Position numbers and translations under genes: made by a program. Positions 59,178 through 64,000 of a stretch of 64,000 nt of DNA are shown one piece after another. How positions within the stretch are numbered: the stretch's first letter is position 1; every line of letters starts with the position of its first letter. The notes under the pieces were generated by a model that did not search any database, was not told where the DNA came from, and saw only the letters and a program-made list of their open reading frames with translations. The stretch covers positions 11,389 through 75,388 of the forward strand of contig CAZUSH010000005.1 of assembly GCA_964622705.1 (NCBI GenBank), given 5' to 3'. This DNA is from an uncultured Geobacter sp. (GTDB taxonomy: Bacteria > Desulfobacterota > Desulfuromonadia > Geobacterales > Pseudopelobacteraceae).

Positions 59178-59219
59178 GCCGTTCAACAGGCCGTGCTTGC
59201 GCATGCAAAGGAGGGGATC

Positions 59220-59984
59220 ATGGAGCAGATCGCGCCGTTTCTGGCAACGGTGAAAGAGACCGTCAACCCGGTTACCCAGCCGGTAGGGGTGAGCCTGATT
59301 CGTGATGCCGCCCTGTTGGCAGGGAAAAAGATCCGGGTTAGCGGGCAGCGTCTGAGCGTGTGCCAGCAGATCGCCTACAGCAGGATGTACGGCTGGTCCA
59401 CCTATGCGGACAAGACCACGGCCCATTGTGTGCTGGGGGCTGCCTGTGCGGGTCTGATCAGTCCACCCGAGCGGGTCTTGAACGGTTCGGTCAACCAGGG
59501 GATCTACCAGCAGGACCAGGTTGGCGCTGCCGCCATGCAGCAGGCCATGCCGCGTCTGGCCCCGGATGTCGTTGGGCTGGTGACCTACCCGCTGAGCCGT
59601 CCGGTTGAGGGGCTGGTGCCCGATCTGGTGGTGGTGTACGCCAACTCGGCCCAGGCCATGCGCTTTGTGCAGGCCTTTCTGTATCAGGACGGTGGTGAAT
59701 TTGTCATGAAGAGTTCCGGCGATGCCGGGGTCTGCTCCCGTGCCGTGGCCCAGGTGGCCCTGACCAATGAGCCGACCGTGGAGATCCCCTGCCTGGGGGA
59801 CCGCAGGTTTGCCATGACCCAGGATCACGAACTCTGCGTCGGCATCCCGTTCTCCTGGCTTGAACGGACCTCTGCCGGGCTGGCTGCTACCCACAAGGCC
59901 GGCATCCGCTACCCGGTGCCGTTCCAGTTGCCGGTTGGCTGTGACCTGCCGCCCGACTACATCACCGCTGACGGAGACTGTTGA
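59220..59984 (+). CDS. DUF169-family protein
   Basis: PVGV, VCQQIAYSR, HCVLGA, PDLVVVY, GVCS, CLGDRRF, GIP. Confidence 0.85.
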   Translation: MEQIAPFLATVKETVNPVTQPVGVSLIRDAALLAGKKIRVSGQRLSVCQQIAYSRMYGWSTYADKTTAHCVLGAACAGLISPPERVLNGSVNQGIYQQDQVGAAAMQQAMPRLAPDVVGLVTYPLSRPVEGLVPDLVVVYANSAQAMRFVQAFLYQDGGEFVMKSSGDAGVCSRAVAQVALTNEPTVEIPCLGDRRFAMTQDHELCVGIPFSWLERTSAGLAATHKAGIRYPVPFQLPVGCDLPPDYITADGDC

Positions 59985-60307
59985 TGATACTGGAAGCGCT
60001 GGTGCTGCCGCTCTTTGCACTCAATATCCTGCTGGTGCTGGTGGATGTTTCGGTGGGCTACCACCTGGCCCCCACCCTCTATCGTGCCAGCGGCGGCGAT
60101 CCGGAGGCGGCCGAGTCCGGCAGCAACGGCATCCGAAAATTATTGACCGGCGTGGTGGCGCTGTACATGTTTTTCAACTGCCTGGCCTATTTCCGCCACA
60201 ATGCACCGCTGCTGGTGCTGGTGACCGGGTTGGTCCTGTTTGACCTGGGAGGACAGCTGTATATCCGTTCGCGCAGCAAGCGACATTCTGATAACGAGGA
60301 AGAATAA
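59984..60307 (+). CDS. Hypothetical membrane protein (3 TM)
   Basis: Hydrophobic segments; start overlaps upstream stop. Confidence 0.7.
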   Translation: MILEALVLPLFALNILLVLVDVSVGYHLAPTLYRASGGDPEAAESGSNGIRKLLTGVVALYMFFNCLAYFRHNAPLLVLVTGLVLFDLGGQLYIRSRSKRHSDNEEE

Positions 60308-60360
60308 AGCCGTTCAGGCTGTTTGTGTCTAACCTAATCTTATACAAGGAGTATACGTAC

Positions 60361-61527
60361 ATGGCTGAAAAGTTCATCTTTACCTCTGAGTCTGTATCCG
60401 AAGGGCATCCTGACAAAATGGCCGACCAGATCTCAGACAGTATCCTGGATGCGATCCTGGCCCAGGACCCCAAGGCCCGTGTGGCCTGCGAAACCATGGT
60501 AACCACCGGCATGGCGGTAATCGCCGGCGAAATCACCACCACCGCCGTGGTCAACTATGCCGAGATCGTCCGCAACACCATCAAGGAGATCGGTTACTGC
60601 GGTTCTGAGACCGGCTTTGACTATGAGACCTGCTCCGTGTTGGTCTCGCTGGACCGCCAGTCTCCCGACATCTCCCAGGGGGTGACCGAAGGCGAAGGGA
60701 TGTTCAAGGAACAGGGGGCCGGTGACCAGGGGCTGATGTTCGGCTATGCCTGCAACGAGACCCCGGAGCTGATGCCGATGCCGATCCAGCTCTCCCACCA
60801 GCTGGTTAAGCGCCTGGCCGACGTGCGCAAGTCCGGCTTGTTGAAGTTCCTGCGTCCTGACGCGAAATCCCAGGTGTCGGTCGAGTATGACAACGGCAAG
60901 CCGGTACGGGTCAACACCGTGGTCATCTCCACCCAGCATACCCCCGAGGTCACCCACGAAACCATCGTGGAAGGGGTGATGGATGAGGTCATCAAAAAGG
61001 TGATCCCGGCCCACCTGATGGACGACCAGACCCGCTTCTTCATCAACCCCACCGGCCGTTTCGTGGTGGGGGGACCGATGGGCGACTGCGGTCTGACCGG
61101 TCGCAAGATCATCGTGGACACCTACGGCGGTATGGGCCGTCACGGTGGGGGCGCCTTCTCCGGCAAGGACCCCTCCAAGGTGGACCGTTCCGCTGCCTAC
61201 ATGGGACGCTATGTGGCCAAGAACCTGGTGGCGGCTGGGCTGTGCGAGCGCTGCGAGGTTCAGGTGGCTTACGCCATCGGCGTGGCCGAGCCGGTCTCGA
61301 TCATGGTCAACGCCTTTGGTACCGGTGTGATCTCCGAGCACCGTTTGTCCGAACTGGTACGGGAGGTCTTTGACATGCGGCCCCGCGCCATCATCGAACA
61401 GCTGGACCTGCTGCGTCCGATCTACCGCAAGACCGCCGCCTATGGCCACTTCGGCCGTGAGCTGCCGGAGTTCTCTTGGGAGAAGACCGACAAGGCGGCC
61501 ATCCTGAAACAGAAGGCCGGTCTCTAG
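60361..61527 (+). CDS. metK: S-adenosylmethionine synthetase
   Basis: [40 protein letters not shown]. Confidence 0.98.
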   Translation: MAEKFIFTSESVSEGHPDKMADQISDSILDAILAQDPKARVACETMVTTGMAVIAGEITTTAVVNYAEIVRNTIKEIGYCGSETGFDYETCSVLVSLDRQSPDISQGVTEGEGMFKEQGAGDQGLMFGYACNETPELMPMPIQLSHQLVKRLADVRKSGLLKFLRPDAKSQVSVEYDNGKPVRVNTVVISTQHTPEVTHETIVEGVMDEVIKKVIPAHLMDDQTRFFINPTGRFVVGGPMGDCGLTGRKIIVDTYGGMGRHGGGAFSGKDPSKVDRSAAYMGRYVAKNLVAAGLCERCEVQVAYAIGVAEPVSIMVNAFGTGVISEHRLSELVREVFDMRPRAIIEQLDLLRPIYRKTAAYGHFGRELPEFSWEKTDKAAILKQKAGL

Positions 61528-61554
61528 GCGGAGTCTGCTTGTTTGGGAGAACTG

Positions 61555-61586
61555 AAGGGGCGGTCTCCGGGAGATCGCCCCTTTTT
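61555..61586 (+). terminator. Rho-independent terminator after metK
   Basis: AAGGGGCGGTCTC-cgg-GAGATCGCCCCTT-TTT. Confidence 0.75.
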
Positions 61587-61595
61587 CCTGATAGA

Positions 61596-61625
61596 TTGAC
61601 AAAGCTCTTGTGTATACAGTAAGCT
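61596..61625 (+). promoter_or_regulatory. Putative sigma70 promoter of leuB
   Basis: TTGACA-18 nt-TAAGCT. Confidence 0.5.
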
Positions 61626-61654
61626 AGCGCACTTTTTTGACAGAGGGGTGGAAC

Positions 61655-62746
61655 ATGGCGAAGACATTTAAGATTGCGGTCCTGCCGGGTGACGGCATCG
61701 GGCCCGAGGTAATGGCTGAGGCAACCAGGGTGCTGGACGTGATCGGCCAGAAATACGGCGTAACCTTTGAGGGTACCTTCGCCAATGTCGGCGGCGCCGG
61801 GATCGACAACGAAGGCAAGGCCTTGCCCCAGACCACCATTGATATCTGTAAGGCCTCCGATGCGATCCTGTTCGGTTCGGTGGGCGGTCCCAAGTGGGAG
61901 TCGCTCCCCCCGGATGAACAGCCGGAGCGTGGGGCTCTGCTGCCGCTGCGCAAGATCTTTGGACTGTACGCTAACCTGCGCCCGGCCATCATCTTCCCGT
62001 CCCTGACCGGCGCCTCGTCGCTCAAGGAAGAGGTCATCAGCGGCGGTTTCAACGTGTTGGTGATCAGGGAGCTGACCGGCGGCATCTACTTCTCGCAACC
62101 CAAGGGGATTGAGGGGGAAGGCCGCAACCGGATCGGTATCGACACCATGAAGTACAGCGTGCCCGAGATCGAGCGGATTACCCATGTGGCCTTCCAGGCC
62201 GCCCGGAAGCGGGGCAAGAAGGTCTGCTCCATTGACAAGGCCAACGTGCTCTCCTCTTCGGTGCTCTGGCGTGACGTGGTGATTGATATTGCCAAGCAGT
62301 ACCCGGATGTGGAGCTGTCCCACATGTACGTGGACAATGCCGCCATGCAGCTGGTGCGCTGGCCCAAACAGTTTGACGTGATCCTGTGCGAGAACATGTT
62401 CGGCGACATCCTGTCCGACGAGGCCGCCATGCTGACCGGCTCGCTGGGGATGCTCCCCTCGGCCTCTCTGGCTGAAGGCACCTTCGGTATGTACGAGCCC
62501 TCCGGCGGTTCTGCCCCGGATATCGCCGGCCAGGGGATTGCCAACCCGATCGCCCAGATCCTGTCCGCCGCCATGATGCTCAAGTTTTCCTTCGGCATGG
62601 TGGAAGCGGCCGATGCCATTGACACCGCCGTGGAGACCGTGCTGAACCAGGGCTACCGTACCCGCGACATCTTCCAGAACAAGCCGGGTGAGCAGCTGGT
62701 CAATACCAAGGAGATGGGCGACGCCATCATTGCCGCCCTGGCGTAA
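61655..62746 (+). CDS. leuB: 3-isopropylmalate dehydrogenase
   Basis: [39 protein letters not shown]. Confidence 0.97.
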   Translation: MAKTFKIAVLPGDGIGPEVMAEATRVLDVIGQKYGVTFEGTFANVGGAGIDNEGKALPQTTIDICKASDAILFGSVGGPKWESLPPDEQPERGALLPLRKIFGLYANLRPAIIFPSLTGASSLKEEVISGGFNVLVIRELTGGIYFSQPKGIEGEGRNRIGIDTMKYSVPEIERITHVAFQAARKRGKKVCSIDKANVLSSSVLWRDVVIDIAKQYPDVELSHMYVDNAAMQLVRWPKQFDVILCENMFGDILSDEAAMLTGSLGMLPSASLAEGTFGMYEPSGGSAPDIAGQGIANPIAQILSAAMMLKFSFGMVEAADAIDTAVETVLNQGYRTRDIFQNKPGEQLVNTKEMGDAIIAALA

Positions 62747-62752
62747 TGCCCT

Positions 62753-62853
62753 ATTTGAGCGCTGCCGTTGTTGTCGGTAGCGACGGCCTCCTCAACGTAC
62801 AGCAAAATACGTTCCCGGGGCCGCCTCGCCGGTGCCGGGGCATCATCTCAAAT
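62753..62853. mobile_element. MITE-like palindromic element 3
   Basis: Imperfect TIR ATTTGAG...TGCC; central ACGTA-cagcaaaa-TACGT hairpin. Confidence 0.5.
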
Positions 62854-62922
62854 CTGTCATTACTTTTGATGTAGCGTTTAGATTGATTTGACGATCATTT
62901 TTATTTTGAAGGAGTGACAGCC

Positions 62923-64000
62923 ATGAAAGTAGGTATCGTTGGATGGCGCGGCATGGTCGGCTCGGTCCTGATGCAGCGCATGCAGGAAGAAAATGACTTT
63001 AGCCTTGGTTTTGAGCCGGTCTTTTTCACCACCTCCCAGGCCGGTCAGCCGGCCCCGATGGGGGGCGGCACCCTCAAGAAGGCCGATGACCTCGAGGAGC
63101 TGAAAAAACTAGATGTGATCATCACCTGCCAGGGGGGCGACTACACCAAGGCGGTCCACCCCGAGCTGCGCAAGCAGGGCTGGAACGGCTACTGGATCGA
63201 TGCGGCCTCCACCCTGCGGATGGAAGACAATGCCGTCATCATCCTCGACCCGATCAACCGCAACGTGATCGATGATGCCCTGGCCAAGGGAATCAAGGAC
63301 TATGTCGGCGGCAACTGTACCGTCAGTCTGATGCTGATGGGCCTGGGCGGCCTGTTCAAGGCCGGCCTGATTGAGTGGATGTCCTCCATGACCTATCAGG
63401 CAGCCTCCGGCGCCGGCGCCCCCAACATGCGGGAGCTGCTGGCCCAGATGGGTACCCTGAACAACGTCGTGGCCGAGGAGCTGAAGGATGCCGGCTCCGC
63501 CATCCTGGAGATCGATAAAAAGGTCACTGCTGCCCTGCGTGACGGCTCCATGCCCACCAAGGAGTTCGGTTTTCCCCTGGCCGGCAACGTGCTGCCCTGG
63601 ATCGATCGTGAGGTGGAGGACGGCCAGAGCCGTGAGGAGTGGAAGGGCTTTGCCGAGACCAACAAGATCCTGGGCACCAGCAGCCCGATCCCGGTGGATG
63701 GTATCTGCGTGCGGGTCGGCGCCATGCGCTGCCACAGCCAGGCCATCACCATGAAGCTGACCAAGGACGTGCCGCTGGCCGAGATCGAACAGTTGATCGC
63801 CAACGACAACCAGTGGGTCAAGCTGATTCCCAACACCAAGGCAGATTCCCTGGCCGGCCTGACCCCGGCTGCGGTCTCCGGCACCCTGACTGTACCGGTC
63901 GGCCGGGTCCGCAAGATGAAGATGGGACCTGAGTATGTACAGGCCTTTACCTGCGGCGACCAGCTTTTGTGGGGCGCGGCGGAGCCGTTGCGGCGGATGC
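62923..64000 (+). CDS. asd: Aspartate-semialdehyde dehydrogenase (3' end beyond window)
   Basis: Manual translation [20 protein letters not shown]...IDAAS...GGNCTVSLM...RCHSQ...[14 protein letters not shown]; absent from ORF track because no stop in window. Confidence 0.96.
   Translation, partial: MKVGIVGWRGMVGSVLMQRMQEENDFSLGFEPVFFTTSQAGQPAPMGGGTLKKADDLEELKKLDVIITCQGGDYTKAVHPELRKQGWNGYWIDAASTLRMEDNAVIILDPINRNVIDDALAKGIKDYVGGNCTVSLMLMGLGGLFKAGLIEWMSSMTYQAASGAGAPNMRELLAQMGTLNNVVAEELKDAGSAILEIDKKVTAALRDGSMPTKEFGFPLAGNVLPWIDREVEDGQSREEWKGFAETNKILGTSSPIPVDGICVRVGAMRCHSQAITMKLTKDVPLAEIEQLIANDNQWVKLIPNTKADSLAGLTPAAVSGTLTVPVGRVRKMKMGPEYVQAFTCGDQLLWGAAEPLRRM

Overview
A 64-kb, GC-rich bacterial chromosome segment. 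Gene content (heme-c chemoreceptor, SahR, futalosine-type ubiD/ubiA/ubiX, MshEN protein, DUF169) points to a Geobacteraceae/Desulfuromonadia-like organism; this is inference. Positions ~1-29.5 kb and ~52.1-64 kb are mostly housekeeping: hslO, U32 protein, tal, folK, rlpA, a WYL regulator, MCP-hemerythrin-Hpt-glgA, menaquinone genes, fprA, radA, dksA, tRNA-Ser(GGA), metY, sahR-ahcY, metK, leuB and a partial asd. Between them (29700-52101) is a co-directional, tightly coupled 22.4-kb signalling array. It encodes six sensor proteins (one a pseudogene) with HAMP/PAS/GAF/CHASE8/MASE3 inputs but no kinase or other output domain. All six end in the same indel-free 47-aa coiled-coil cap containing 'FVGREL(R/K)MxELK'. 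Four of them sit directly behind an orphan extracytoplasmic partner (two PhnD-like SBPs, one RbsB-like SBP, one TonB receptor + YfiR pair). The array also has three real histidine kinases and a single-domain response regulator. The best candidate for an undescribed system is this many-sensor/shared-kinase ('split kinase') array. Other notable items: a promoter-to-terminator ~76-nt sRNA candidate with an anti-Shine-Dalgarno loop, a double-MshEN/receiver protein, a UbiD with substituted catalytic residues, three MITE-like palindromic elements and a SahR operator. No CRISPR array, integrase or transposase was seen. All assignments come from manual motif recognition; no database searches were run.
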